From: Leucoraja ocellata
Lineage: Eukaryota
Assembly (NCBI GenBank): GCA_036785375.1
Contig: JAWMAR010000026.1
Location: 7,874,001-7,938,000, forward strand
Reading direction: 5' to 3'
Length of the DNA: 64,000 bases
Shown here: positions 26,901 to 39,269 of the stretch, piece by piece
Layout of the letters: every line of letters starts with the position of its first letter
Position numbering within the stretch: position 1 is the stretch's first letter
The notes under the pieces: generated by a model
Databases searched by the model: none
What the model was told of the DNA's origin: nothing
The model's input: the letters and a program-made list of their open reading frames with translations, nothing else
Translations under genes and position numbers: made by a program

Positions 26901-27022
26901 TATGCTTTTCATTGCTTTGCAAATATTGCCTGGAATGTCCAATTGTTTGACTATTTCGATCTTGTTGTTGTTATTTATTCCTATTATGTCTTTACTTGTT
27001 CGGAACAAATAAACAAATAAAA
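23945..27022 (+). mobile_element. L2/Crack-clade LINE, near-complete ORF2 (APE endonuclease plus RT), frameshifted
   Basis: GGGVALYV...CIYRVPG...CGDFNIDLL...TLIDNI...SDHLPVF endonuclease; [10 protein letters not shown] and FADDT RT motifs; AT-rich 3' UTR ending AAATAAACAAATAAAA. Confidence 0.85.
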
Positions 27023-28704
27023 GTATTACTGAAGGTATTCACAGAGAATTTCTTAAAGCTGTCTGATGCGGGCATAATTACCATTTGAACTAATTAGATG
27101 TATTGGTGGATGGGAAAGATTTAATTGGGTATCCGATTTAAAAGGGGCAGGTCATTAAGGGCTCCGGTTGAACAGGTTTCCTGGCTGGCTTGCAGGTAAG
27201 TCCCTCATTCACGGTCACGCACGTTATTTAGTTTTTTTTTTCCCATCTTTCTCTCTCCCCCTTCCAAGGATGGTTCTTCTGTTTGCCTTTATTTGTTTCA
27301 GTGTTATTTGTTTAAGTGTTATTTATCACATTGTGATCCATTGTAGCTTTTGATATACTCAAGCGGGAATCAGACGCTTTCTAAGGGTTGAATTCGCCCG
27401 TTCGCGGATCTTTTCATCGCCCGGCGCGACTCAAGATCAAACTACAGTATCAAGGCGATCGAGGCTCCGGATGTTGAAGCCCCCGCCGGCCGATTTTAAG
27501 CTGCGTCGGGCGATGAAAGGCCCCGTGAACTGGCCGATTCAAGCACCACGATTCGGGGCGGACGAATCTGCTGTTGCTGGAGTTCGGAGTCGTTCGCCAA
27601 CCAGGTCAGCTCCCGATTTATAGTCCACAGCAAAGATAATATCTTTGGTCCACAGGGCCCATGGCTGAAGCCTCCAAAGCCTCGCATGTGTGTGTGTGTG
27701 CCTGTGCGCTTGTGTGTGTGTGTGTGCGTTGATGAAGTCAGTCACAGTAGTGACGTACTCATTCAGGTTAGCAGCGGTATCCATGAATATGCACCAGTCC
27801 ACTGACTCAAAGTTTGCCAACAGTGTGTGGTCGAGAAGTACAAAGTGTTTGTGTGAATGTATGTCGAGGCGGGGAGTGGGAGGGGAGAGTCTTTGTCCGT
27901 AAACTGGGGAAATAAAATCGTCCCAGTGAAGGAATATGACAAAGAGACCGATGGTCAATGCCAATTAGATTGGCCTTTTCGTGTTGTGTATTTCTATGAC
28001 TCTCGGTTATCTAATATTTTTCCATTGGTAAGGACATTGAGGTTAGGATTTTTGCAGCGTCATAAATAATCTTGGTGTGAATATGCCTCTTGTGAACCTT
28101 TGACCTGGAATCATATCTCCAAAACAAACCACTCTGCATAATTGTGACATATATGTTTTGATTAATTGACAAGGAAAAATGCTATGATGTCCTCCAAAAT
28201 TAGGTTTCGATAAAGGATAGCAAATATTTTATTTAGAAAACGTGAATTGCTTAGAAGTCGCAGTGCACATTTCAGAATGTTTGATTCAAATAGAAAACCA
28301 AATATTTCAGACCTCTAACATTAATTTCACTGTTCTAAGGAACAACATGTTTATCATTTAAAACCGTATGTGATATGCAGATTTTCATACATTTAAAATA
28401 AAATATACAAATGCTATAGATGTGGATTAAAAAATAATAAACTGGAAACACTCATTTGGTTTGATAACATTTCTGGAAAGAAAAACGGTATATGTTTCAA
28501 CCACGAGCTTCTGCTGTAACAGGGAAATAAAGATAAAAAACAGTAAGTGTACGTGTTGGAGAAGGTTGCAAGAGGGATGGATTGCCACCGTTCTGTAACT
28601 TGGAAATATATCTTTTAATTTCTCTTTTCCAGTTCTAATGGAACAATCTCCGACGTGAAACATTAAAACTATTTCTCTTTCCACACATGCTGCCTGACTT
28701 TCCC

Positions 28705-29330
28705 TTGCATCTGCAGGAAATGCTACACTTGTCACCTCCCCCCTTGACTCAATTCAAGGACCCAAGCAGTCGTTCCAGGTGCGGCAGAGGTTCACCTGCA
28801 CCTACTCCAACCTCATCTATTGCATCCGCTGCTCTAGATGTCAGCTGCTCTACATCGGTGAGACCAAGCGTAGGCTTGACGATTGCTTCGCCGAACACCT
28901 ACGCTCGGGTTGCAATAACCAACCTGATCCCCCGGTGGCTCAGCACTTCAACTCCCCCTCCCTTTCCGAATCCGACCATTCTGTCCTGGGCCCCCTCCAT
29001 GGCCAGAGTGAGGACCACCATAAATTAGAGGACCAGCACCTCATATTTCGCTTGGGCAGTTTGCACCCCAGCGGTATGAACATTGACTTCTCTAATTTCA
29101 GGTAGTCCCTACTTTCTCCTCCCCTTCTCAGCTCTCCCTCAGCCCACTGGCTCCACCTCTTAATTTCTTCTTCCCGCCCCCCCCCCCCCCCCCCCAGCCC
29201 CACCCACCCTCACATCAGTCTGAAGAAGGCGTTCGACCGGAAACGTTGCCTATTTCCTTCGATTCATAGATGCTGCCTCACCTGCTGAGTTTCTGCACCA
29301 TTTTTGTCTACCCGCTGGCTGACTTGCTGA
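28705..29330 (+). mobile_element. Penelope-like element 3' part (GIY-YIG plus terminus with degenerate hammerhead at 29220-29247)
   Basis: QRFTCTYSNLIYCIRCSRCQLLYIGETKRRLDDCFAEH...[18 protein letters not shown]. Confidence 0.88.
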
Positions 29331-30392
29331 GTGTTTTCGATGATTCCAAATCTTGAGTATCTTTCTAATGGAGAAGACAGACCAGTTTGGTTCCACTACA
29401 AGACATTAAGAGACGACGTTCACAGCCAAATGATTATGAGCCCACTCCTACAAAAAGCCTAATGGTTACAAAGAGAATTGAGCCCCAGAATATTTCACCA
29501 TATTGAATTAGATATCTAAGAGGCCTGCAATGGGGAACTAATACCTGGTGCCTAAAATTCCTTAGCTTATTGGTGGATCAAACGAGGAGGTGATAAGAGT
29601 GTCTCTAATATCACGGCGCGAAATGTGCATGTGCTGTCAGTTTGACGAGAGTAATCCAGTGAAATAAAAATGCTTAACATTTGAAAACCACAAGTCATGC
29701 GATTGAGGGATTATGGATGTATAAAATTTCGAATTCATTAACATTCACTAAATCGGAATCTTGAATTAATTACTTGGTATGAAAGAAAATAATCAATTGA
29801 TAACCACATGCACCAAGCTTCCAAATAAAACAATAATAACAATGAGATGGTCTTGCAACAATTATAAGTTAGCCAAGCTGCGCGAGCCCCCTCAATCAAG
29901 AAGGAAACGTGCCTATTATAACTTCACAGTACATTAAAAAAAGTAGGTCCGCGGCAATGAAAGTGAAGAATTACATTTTGTGAATAGATAGGCGAATGCA
30001 CAGAGTATTTTACCCAGAGTACTGGAATGAAAAACTCAAGGACAATTGTTGAAGGTGAGGGGAGAGAGATTTAATTTGTTTTAAATTGACAGGCACTGCA
30101 TTCACATAGCGGGTTCGCAACGAGTCGTGTCAGATACTACAACAGCATGTATTGTATATTTAGGTAGGTACATATATAGGAAACGTTTAGAGGGATACGG
30201 GTCAAACGCGGGTAGGTGTGATTATTGGGGCATATTGGACGGCATGAAGCATGTCCCAAGGGCCTGTTTCCATGTTGTATGACAATGATACTATGATTCT
30301 AGGACTCCATTAATAGAATCAAATTAGCGAATAATTCATTTCCACCAGAGTAACTGACATTTTTCGATTCGCTGCCACATCGCCCGTCGAAT

Positions 30393-32273
30393 TTAGTTGT
30401 TATTTTTCACCCCGCTATATATTACACTTATTTCTTTATGTTGCCGTTTCAAATTATTTTTGGAGCTTGACGTGTTCAAGGAAGCGTACGCCAGTTGGGT
30501 ATCAGCAGCAGCCATAATTGCGATCTGTGCACAAATGTTTGCTATTGTTAATTGGACAAGAACATTACAAATTTCTCCGAATAAGACGGATCTGTGTTCT
30601 CAGATGTGTTGAGTGAAAGCGTGAAACCAACTTTACCTTTGCATACACTGGGCTCTCCATGTGCTCTTCAGGTTTCCCTTATTCTTTGCAGCGGACACGA
30701 TGGGCGTGCATCGGATTGCGGTTAACGTTCTCACCTTCTTCCTGGGAATTCATGAACTTATTTTAAGATTAGTTATACTACAGATGAAGGTTTCGCTCGG
30801 AATGCGCTGTCAAGAATATACGAGGGACAATTATTTTTTGTTTTGTCTCGAATGACTTATTGCATGAAGACCAATTTCCAGTGTCTAAACGACTGTGGGG
30901 CAAACAGTCGCAACTGGACAGATCAAAATGATAACTGCACATAACATAGAACATAGACCGGCACAGCATAGGGACGCGCCCTTCAGCCCAAACTATTTAG
31001 ATCCAATTGGTTGAGCCTTGGATACCCTCTACTTCCCTTCTTAAACAAAGAAACAACATGGCCACTCTCCAGTATTCCAAAATCTCGCATGTGGCTGGAC
31101 AAGGAACAGTAAGGCGCAATGAAAATATTCCTTTCACCACACCTGGTGTAAACAATATATTTGATATTTATAATAAATGCGAACTTCTGAAATGCATGTT
31201 GTATTGTTCAGTATGCCCTCTTTTGTGTAGTGTACTGTGAACTTCACTGATTGTGAATACATTCAAACAGAATAAGATAGGTTGGGTGAGTGGGCAAATG
31301 CATGGCAGATGCAGTATAATGTAGATACATGTGAGGTTATCCACTTTGGTGGCAAGAACAGGAAAGTAGATTATTATCTGAATGTGGCCGATTAGGAAAA
31401 GGGGAGATGCAACGAGACCTGTGTGTCATGGTACACCAGTCATTGAAAGTAGGCACTCAGGTGCAGCAGCCAATGAAGAAAGCGAATGGTAAGTTAGCAT
31501 TCATAGCAAAAGGGTTTGAGTATAGGAGCAGGGAGGTTCTAATGCAGTTGTACATGGCCTTGGTGAGACCACACCTGGAGTATTGCGTACAGTTTTGGTC
31601 TCCTAATCTGAGGAAAGACATTTTTGACATTGAGTGGGTACAGAGAAGGTTCACCAGACTGATTCCCGGGATGGCAGGACATTCTTATGAAGAAACACTG
31701 GATAGACTCGGCTTGTACTCGCTGGAATTTGGAAAATTGAGGGGAATCTTATAGAAACTTACACCATTCTTAAAGGGTTGGACAGGCTGGATGCACGAAG
31801 ATTGTTCCCGATGTTGGGGAAGTCCAGAACAAGGGGTCACAGTTTAAGGTTAAGGAGGAAGTCTTTTAGGACCGAGATGAGAATTTATTTTTTCGCACAG
31901 AGAGTGGTGAATCTGTGGAATTCCCTGCCACAGAAAGTAGTTGAGGCCAGTTCATTGGCTACATTTAAGAGGGAGTTAGATGTGGCCCTTGTGGCTAAAT
32001 GGATCAGGGGGTATGGGGAGAAGGCAGGTACAAGATACTGTGTTGGATGATCAGCCATGATCATATTGAATGGTGGTGCAGGCTCGAAGGGCCGAATGGC
32101 CTACTCCTGCACCTATTTTCTATGTTTCTATGTTAGACGTGCTCCTTATTAAAACGGCTTCGTTTCAACAAAGGCACAATCCTGTCTCTACTTCACAAGT
32201 GGAATAGTCATATATTAAATTAGCCTTACCCAACTTTGTGTCCGATTTGTATTTACTGTACGCTTCTTTGCAC
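30393..32273 (-). pseudogene. Relic ITIM-bearing cytoplasmic exons of gene C (32230-32273, 30637-30741, 30393-30524), downstream of the stop
   Basis: 44-nt exon GAKKRTVNTNRTQSW; 105-nt exon EEGENVNRNPMHAHRVRCKE*GKPEEHMESPVYAK with in-frame TAA at 30679-30681; final exon IAIMAAADTQLAYASLNTSSSKNNLKRQHKEISVIYSGVKNNN*. Exon order and phases match gene B. Confidence 0.78.
31277..32133 (+). mobile_element. CR1 LINE 3' part, between the relic exons of gene C
   Basis: ORF2 C-terminus and TTTCTATG tail. Confidence 0.92.
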
Positions 32274-32451
32274 CTGGTCGGAAAAATAAAATAGTGATAA
32301 ATGGCCGTGCGACATGGTGGGTTTTTTTGCACGCCAAGAACGTAATACCATGTCATAATTGCACGATAGAGTTTCACTATATACGGCTTCACTACATATG
32401 AATGAAGGCTTAAACCACGTTGTTTGTGCCACGCTTTTTCCAAAATGTTGG

Positions 32452-32712
32452 ACGACACAGTGGTGTTGCATGTAAATGCGGAGTTTGGGGCACGTTCTCC
32501 CTGTGACCACGTGGGTTTCATCCCTTGCTCCAGTATACTCCCAAATCTCACGAATGTGCGGATTTATGGGTTAATGGACCTCTTTAAATTGCCGCCACTG
32601 TGTATTGAGTGGCTGCGAAAGTAGGTTAACGTAGAGCTAGTGTGAACGGATGATCGATGGCCGGCGTGGAATCGATGGGTTAAAAGGCCTGTTTCTCTGC
32701 GCTAGCTTTCAA
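32452..32712 (+). mobile_element. Degenerate V-SINE
   Basis: CACGTTCTCCCTGTGACCACGTGGGTTT core. Confidence 0.55.
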
Positions 32713-33030
32713 CCAATGAAACACATTTTTATCACAAAATTCACAGATGTTCAGATCTTGACCAATAGGTACAATTAAATGCTGGCTGCTATGTGATGAT
32801 GTGTTGAAATAATACATAAATTCAAAATATGTGATCATCAAACATTAGTCACATGCAAAATTGAATATCTTCGTTAAGTCGGTGCTGTTTGCTATAAATT
32901 ATTATACTATAATCATAATTTTTCCCCGTGCAAATGTTTCATTTTCTCTATTATCAAGATCGTGTAATTACCAACACTGTTATATTATACTGGGATAATA
33001 TGTATGTTAAAAAATGGTTGAGAAACATAC

Positions 33031-33131
33031 CTATATATATATATGTGCCATCACGATGATAACGATGAATATTAAAATGAATACTGCACCTCGGATACTT
33101 CCAGCGATTAGAGCAGATACACCCTCGACAG
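33031..33131 (-). CDS. Gene C transmembrane exon with Arg (CGA at 33091-33093), ending in TAG
   Basis: CCCACAG acceptor; hydrophobic stretch alignable to gene B TM; TAG at 33031-33033 directly followed by a GTATGT donor. Confidence 0.8.
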
Positions 33132-36100
33132 CTGTGGGAGGTTAAACCAATGACACAAATGTTTATGTTTTATTAAGTTGTTTTAAAGTAGACTTTGCGG
33201 AATACAAATCAAGATATTTCAAATGTTCACTCATTGGATTTCACCAGAACCGCGTGGAATGCGGCAACAGCCAACAATTTCGATATATGGCGCGATTACG
33301 AGTGAAATAAATAGATCTTAAGTGAACCTTGTGGGATATTGACCGTTACGAGACAGAAAATTGTGGAAGATAATACATTAATTTAGATATATTCTGTTCA
33401 CCAAATCTCGAAGGAGATGTTAATGTTACTGACGCTGGCCAGGAGTGAATTATTACAGACGTCTTCTCTCCACTGACAGTCCCCAATTAATGCAAGAGCC
33501 AACAAGTTAGTTCTCATAGATAGACTGAAAATGCTGGCGTAAGTTAGCGAGTCAGGCAGCATCATTGGAGAAAATGGAGAGGTGACGTTTTGTGTCGGGA
33601 CTATTCTTCAGACTGGTTGGTAGCAACAAAAAACAGGAGCAATCGGGACTACGATATGGCCCCACGCAGGGAGATTCCTGATAGGCCGACGTTATCCCAA
33701 GAGGGATACATTGTTGCGAATTGTGGGACTGGAAAATCGATATTTAGAGGAGGAAGGGGGAAATTGAGAGGGCGAGGGAGGTGAGTGCTTATGGACATTA
33801 CTAAAATTTGTGAATTCAACGTTCATGCCGCTGGCTTGTATTCTATACAAGTGAAATATGAGGTGCTGTTCGTCGAATTTGCTTTCGCCACTGTGCAAGG
33901 CAGGTCCTCGGACAGAAAGGTCAGTGTAGAAATGAAAAGGGCAATTAAAATACTTAGCTACTGGGAAGGTGCGTGTGAACTACTGTCCAACCTGGAGAGA
34001 CTGTCGGAGTCCGTGCATAGAGGCGAGGAAGGAGGTAACAGGGACAGGTGTTACATCTCCTGCTGCTGTAGAGAAACGTACATCGGGTTGGGGTGGTCTG
34101 GGTTTAAATGGATGAATGAACCATAGGTGTGGAGGAACAGTCTGCAAAAAGCGGAAATGCATGGAAATGTACATATGTGATTAATTATGGGATGATGTTG
34201 GGGGCGACGGAAATGTCCGAAGATGATGTTTAGGATTGCGGTGGCTGGTGGGTGAATGGAGAGAGAGAAGGGAAGCAGAGAGCGGTATCAGAGATAGTCC
34301 AGGTAAATTTGAGGGCAGGGTGGGAATAAGTGGGAATTTGAGTTCTGCACGGGTGTAGGATGTAGCATTTATTGTCGAGGACTGGCCGCTCTGTATCGCA
34401 AAGGAGGTCAGGGGGTGGTGAAAACACGACAGAGGTGAGGGCCGGGGGCAGGGGCGAGCAGAGGTGCAGAAGCACGCTGCGGGCGTGGGAGACAGAGGGC
34501 TTCAGAGAGGAGGGGTTGGGAGGAGCTGTGCATGGGCGGGCAGGGGAGGGTTATTAAGGTCATAAGGAATAGTAGAAATGGGCAATTCGGCCCATCATGT
34601 CCACTGCGCCATTAAATCATGGCTGATATATCTCGCCCTCCTAACCCCATTCTCTTGCCTTCTCCCCATGACGTCTGACATCTGTAGTAGGAGTAGAGTG
34701 GTTAGGAGCACGAAAATCTCATGGCCTCTGTTTCTTCCTTGAAACGAGACCAAATATATTTTTCTCTACGAACAATCTCCTGTGTCTAGAGGAATTTGTC
34801 GTCACCCTCAACAACTTCTCTTTTGACTCCTCTCACTTTCTCCAAGTTAAAGTTGCAGCTGGACACTCACATCAGCCACAGCTACTGGCTACCAATTTGT
34901 TTGTTACATTGTGCAGTGGAATTTTATTTAAGTACAAAATAGAACCCGCTGGCGTTACCCTCGTTCTCGAATACATCGACCACTACGCTGGGGCTACTTC
35001 CTGCTATCCGTGCAACACTTTACCTTCATGAGGAACCGTGTAGTTGGCAGTTGCTGGAGTTAGCATAGAACGGTGAATAATTTTACATGTGTAAACGGTT
35101 CCTTCTTTGACTGGCCGTTTCTCCTCTAAAAAACTGATAACTTCATACAATCCGTCTGCCGTTGAACTTTGTTCATGCCGAAATCCAGATTGGATGACGG
35201 AACCATTTGTATGCCAGGTGAGATTAAATTCTTTCGGGTAAAAGGCAGCCGTTCTGCACTGCATTTTCAGGAAATGAGTCGCAGTATTTCTAGATCGAAC
35301 GGATACAATCTTCAGAGGAGAAGGGACAGCTAGGTAAAGAGGAATAAAATTAAAAGAAAGGGGAAAAGTCGATTACATTATCCAATGGCATTTGTTCCAA
35401 CGCTACTTAATTCCATCATAATTTTTAAATCGGGAGCCAGATGAAGGTGTAATTCATCGCGATTGACTCCCCCCCCCCCCCCACCACTCCCCCCCCCCCC
35501 ACCCCTCCCTTGACATGCATTCCCTTGACATTTAATTTAAGAAAAAAGCACTAATTTGCACACTTGTTTCTTGTGCTAACATGCGCGAATCAACTTTCAA
35601 GTTTCAACTCTTTAAAGGCACAGTACTGTGACACATAAACAGTTGCAGACTTTGACTGGCTTACAGAGGATGCTTTCACTAACATTTATTGTTTCTCTAA
35701 TTCGGCGCAAGAAATATAATTTATATTTCAATTATTTTGTGGAAGTAAAAACCTCGCTCTTTCAATTCACAGGATTATATGTTGATAACATCATTAGGAA
35801 AACATCTGGAGGATCCCCGCCTCGGCGTTCAGTGTCAAATTGAAACGTTGTATTTATTCATCTTCCACTCACTACCTTCAATATACATCAACTCAAATAT
35901 CATCCCTGTCATGCCCTCTGAACTATATTTTCAAACGAATCAATCCAGAACAATGTCCCACCGTTTTGCACATTTGTATTCTGGATTAAAGACTTTTGTG
36001 AAGCAAACCCAAATTCGAGCTGCAACTAAAGTACCGTTCGCTCACCATAAACGATCAGTTGCTCTCTTGTTTCCTTCCCAACCGGTCGGCCCGCTTGTTT

Positions 36101-36705
36101 TGGAAGACAATAGTATGTTCCGGCGTCCGAGACCGTGACATTCAGCAGGTGAAGGTAGGCGCCTCCTGCCCGTATAGTGAAGATTTTCCTGCTATCTTCT
36201 TTCAGGAAGCCTTTATTTCCATCTTTCCACCAGAAAACCTCCAGGTTTGACAGATTTACATTGAAGGGGAAGGGACACCGACAGGTAAAATTTATGCCAA
36301 TGATCACCGTATTCTGAACAACATTCGATATCGTCTTGCCCGACCTGTTCTCAGCAGCTGCCAATAGATGGTGCACAATCCAGTTTAGTCATTGATATAT
36401 AGCAATGGAAATGTAACAATGCAGGCAAAAATCTTATTGCACTCAGCCCAAAAACTTACAATGAATTGAACCGAATTATTATGCCCGCTTTTTGTGTCCA
36501 CGTAAAGGTTTCGTAAATTACACTCCTTTCCAGAACTCATACAACAGCAAAGACATAATGGACAATTCGGCATGACATTATAAGGTACAACTATCATATC
36601 TGCGTAAATTAAAGACCCATAAATAAAAAGCAATAGAAGCCCTAATTTACCCGCATTCAAAATTCCAAGGAAATACATCGTCCAAGGTGACACTTTCAGA
36701 AACAT
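33031..36705 (-). CDS. Gene C: VJ-C1-TM IgSF receptor (257 aa) with Arg in TM and no tail; exons 36651-36705, 36046-36357, 35024-35329, 33031-33131
   Basis: Leader MFLKVSPWTMYFLGILNA; V ...FTCRCPF...VFWWKDGNKGFL...LLNVTVSDAGTYYC...; C1 MQCRTAAFYPKEFNLTWHTNG...GLYEVISFL...YTCKIIHRSM; TM AVEGVSALIAGSIRGAVFILIFIVIIVMAHIYI*. Total 774 nt in frame with GT/AG junctions. Confidence 0.82.
33515..35010. mobile_element. Degenerate Penelope fragments (33515-34330 on -, about 34700-35010 on +) with an intervening CR1 tail (34560-34690, -)
   Basis: EQHLIFHL...GMNVEF and [12 protein letters not shown] on -; the + segment encodes VVTLNNFSFDSSHFLQVK. Confidence 0.6.
35024..35329 (-). CDS. Gene C C1-set exon
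   Basis: 306 nt, same size as gene B C1; CRTAAFYP, W and YTCKIIH motifs. Confidence 0.9.
36046..36357 (-). CDS. Gene C VJ exon
   Basis: 312 nt, phase 1/1; DAGTYYC; GGCAG acceptor, GTGAGC donor. Confidence 0.88.
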
Positions 36706-38174
36706 ATCGACGACGAAGCACGCCTGGCTGGGAAAGATGAAAGTCTGGTTAATACTCGTCACGGTATCTTCTGCACTGACTCCTCATCACATCGGTCACC
36801 CACAAGACATGGCCGGGAAATGTGTTGCTTTTAATATAGGGCTTGGCTGAGTGCCTGAAAGCGGAAATGGAGTCAGGAAATAGAAGGCTGTTTAATTTGA
36901 GGGCACCAAACAGTGTGCACATCGATCATTTCTCGATTTTCGCCAAATAAGTAAATTGCTCCCTCGAGAAATTGATAGGCCATGAATGAACCAATCTTTG
37001 TTTCAAACGCCGCTTTTCTGTTCTTTTCCCCTTTAACGACCCTCAAAGCTCATTTATTTGCTCAGATTTCGCCTTGTATACATTCAATAACGCCCGCCCA
37101 AATCTTTCTCTTTTCTGTTTAGCATGTGTTCCACCCTTTGGTTTCCTTAAATTTCGTTCTAGAAACCCTAACTAAAAAGTACGTTCCCGAAATCAACCCG
37201 ACCGCCCACAACCCGGAGGATTTATATGTTTCAATATGATCACCTCTTGTTTTATGTAGTCAATCACGACATAACTGTAGATTTAATTAGTTATGCCTGA
37301 GTACCTTGCTGTGGCGAATGCTGTGGCATTCCGCCATTCACTGTTAGTCAATCTAGCAATCATCCATTCATTCCATTGCCCTTTTCAGATAATTAACCGC
37401 CATAGCATCCATTTCCTTATAAATTATATCGATAACACGTTCGCGTGTTCCTATCTTGATCAGATATCTTTTATAGGGAATACTATAAAGTGCTTCAGGA
37501 TATCCATATCCAGATTCGCAGTTCCCTTTTATTCACATTGCTCCCTCCATCGTGAAATGATGCTAGAAGATGTATCAAAATATGTGTGTTTTTCATAAAC
37601 CTGTATCAAAATATGTGTGTTTTTCATAAACCCACGGACTCTTGATAGACATAGTTTCATCAACGTCCCGCTACACTTTAATCAGTAATGGATCTGAACA
37701 CTTTCCCAACAGCAGTTGACAGAATAAATTGCCAATAGTTTCCTCCTATTCGTGCCCCTCTTGTCTTTACACTGTCATGACATTTAGAGTTTTCCCAGAT
37801 CTATTCAACATCCATGGAGTTTTATTTCAGTACAAAATAGAACCCGACACATCTCCAGTCACCTCACAGGTTCGTAGTTAAATCACCGAGAACGTTCTTC
37901 TATCGCCATGGCTTCTCCTTAGTTATTATTGTTCGATGTTCCCAGTTTCCTCTACCGTGAAAACCAGATACTAAGCAATTATTTATAATCCTTGACACAT
38001 TTTTCCCCATGAATAATATAATACACACATTCGTTTTGCGGCAAAATGTTTAATTTAGTTACTCTCTTCCTTGTTATCAATGTGAAGAATATCTTGCTCT
38101 CTGCTTCAATGTTATTTATTGCATTACGCACAGGCGACCTGTTCTCGTTATATTATTTTACCTCTCTGATCTTA

Positions 38175-38440
38175 GTTTAGATTAGCTAAGATACAGCGTG
38201 GAAACAGACCTTCGGGCCGCCGAGTCCGGCCGACCAACGATCATCTGTATATTGCTTCTCTTCTACACACCAGGGAGAATTTACAGAGGTCAATTAACCT
38301 ACAAACCTGCAAGCCTTTTGGGATGTGGGACGAAAACGGAACAGCCGGGAAAACCCAACGATCATAATCAGAACATGCAGACATCACTCGTCGTCAAGAT
38401 CAAGCCCGCGTCCCTGGCGCTGTGAGGCAGCGCATAGTCT
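38175..38440 (-). mobile_element. V-SINE (degenerate)
   Basis: Reverse complement matches the 12172-12480 copy. Confidence 0.6.
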
Positions 38441-38749
38441 GTGTCGCCCTAAACTTGTTGGAAGTCGACATAATCCTGTTGGCAGTCCACATACGAAGAC
38501 AATGCCAAAGTGCTACTGGATAAATCGTGCTATTTTGTCAACGCTGCCGGGATAGCAAACGATGAAGTCTGCGACTCCATGGCATTTCTGTTGAAACAGC
38601 GATAATATTTTCCCACTAAATCGAATGAGTCGATCTTGAAGATTTGAATCGATTAGTGAGACCGGTTTCGTCCTCGTCATTTCCATCGTTCTAACTAAGA
38701 TGTCTGAATTACAGGTATTATGAGCAGGCCGTATATATAGCTGAACATA

Positions 38750-38968
38750 ACGTGCAGGAAAAACTGCAGGTGCTGGTTTAAATCGAAAGTAGACACAACA
38801 TGCTAGAGTAACTCAGGGGGACAGGCAACATCTCTGGAGCGAAGGAATGGGTGACGTTTCGGGTCGAAGAAAGTCTGAAGAAGGGTCTCGGCCCGAAACG
38901 TCACCCATTCTTTCGCTCCAGAGATGCTGCCTATCCCGCTGAGTTACTCCAGCGTTTTGCGTCTACCT
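38750..38968. mobile_element. Solo Penelope terminus arranged as an inverted repeat, with hammerhead motif at 38875-38902 (+)
   Basis: Arms 38789-38867 and 38888-38966 are reverse-complementary; CTGAAGAAGGGTCTCGGCCCGAAACGTC. Confidence 0.75.
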
Positions 38969-39269
38969 ATAGTTGGACAGTTAAAAAGAATATCAGTTAC
39001 GTGAATAATATGTACAAATTGACTATTCATGCTAACGCATGTTGTTTACATTCAAAATATTATTAGTCTCCGTGGTATTTATTTTATTATCCTTCATAAA
39101 GATCCAATCAAATAACATCAGTCGTATAGTCCTTGCCACGTTTGATGTAATCTGTGTCAGGATGGAGGCACAATGTTTAATCGCTGGATAGTAACATGGA
39201 GACCCGCAAACTTGTGCGAAGATTGAAGTTCGACAAGGAAAGTTAAATTCTGATTAATAATTCGGAATT

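Noticed and set aside
28427-28735. Hydrophobic ORF as an additional receptor exon
   Set aside because: No Ig or TM homology to the family, and it overlaps a Penelope boundary.
37571-37632. 31-bp tandem duplication (and a 24-bp one at about 59246-59290) as an array
   Set aside because: Only two units and no spacers; ordinary local duplications in eukaryotic DNA.
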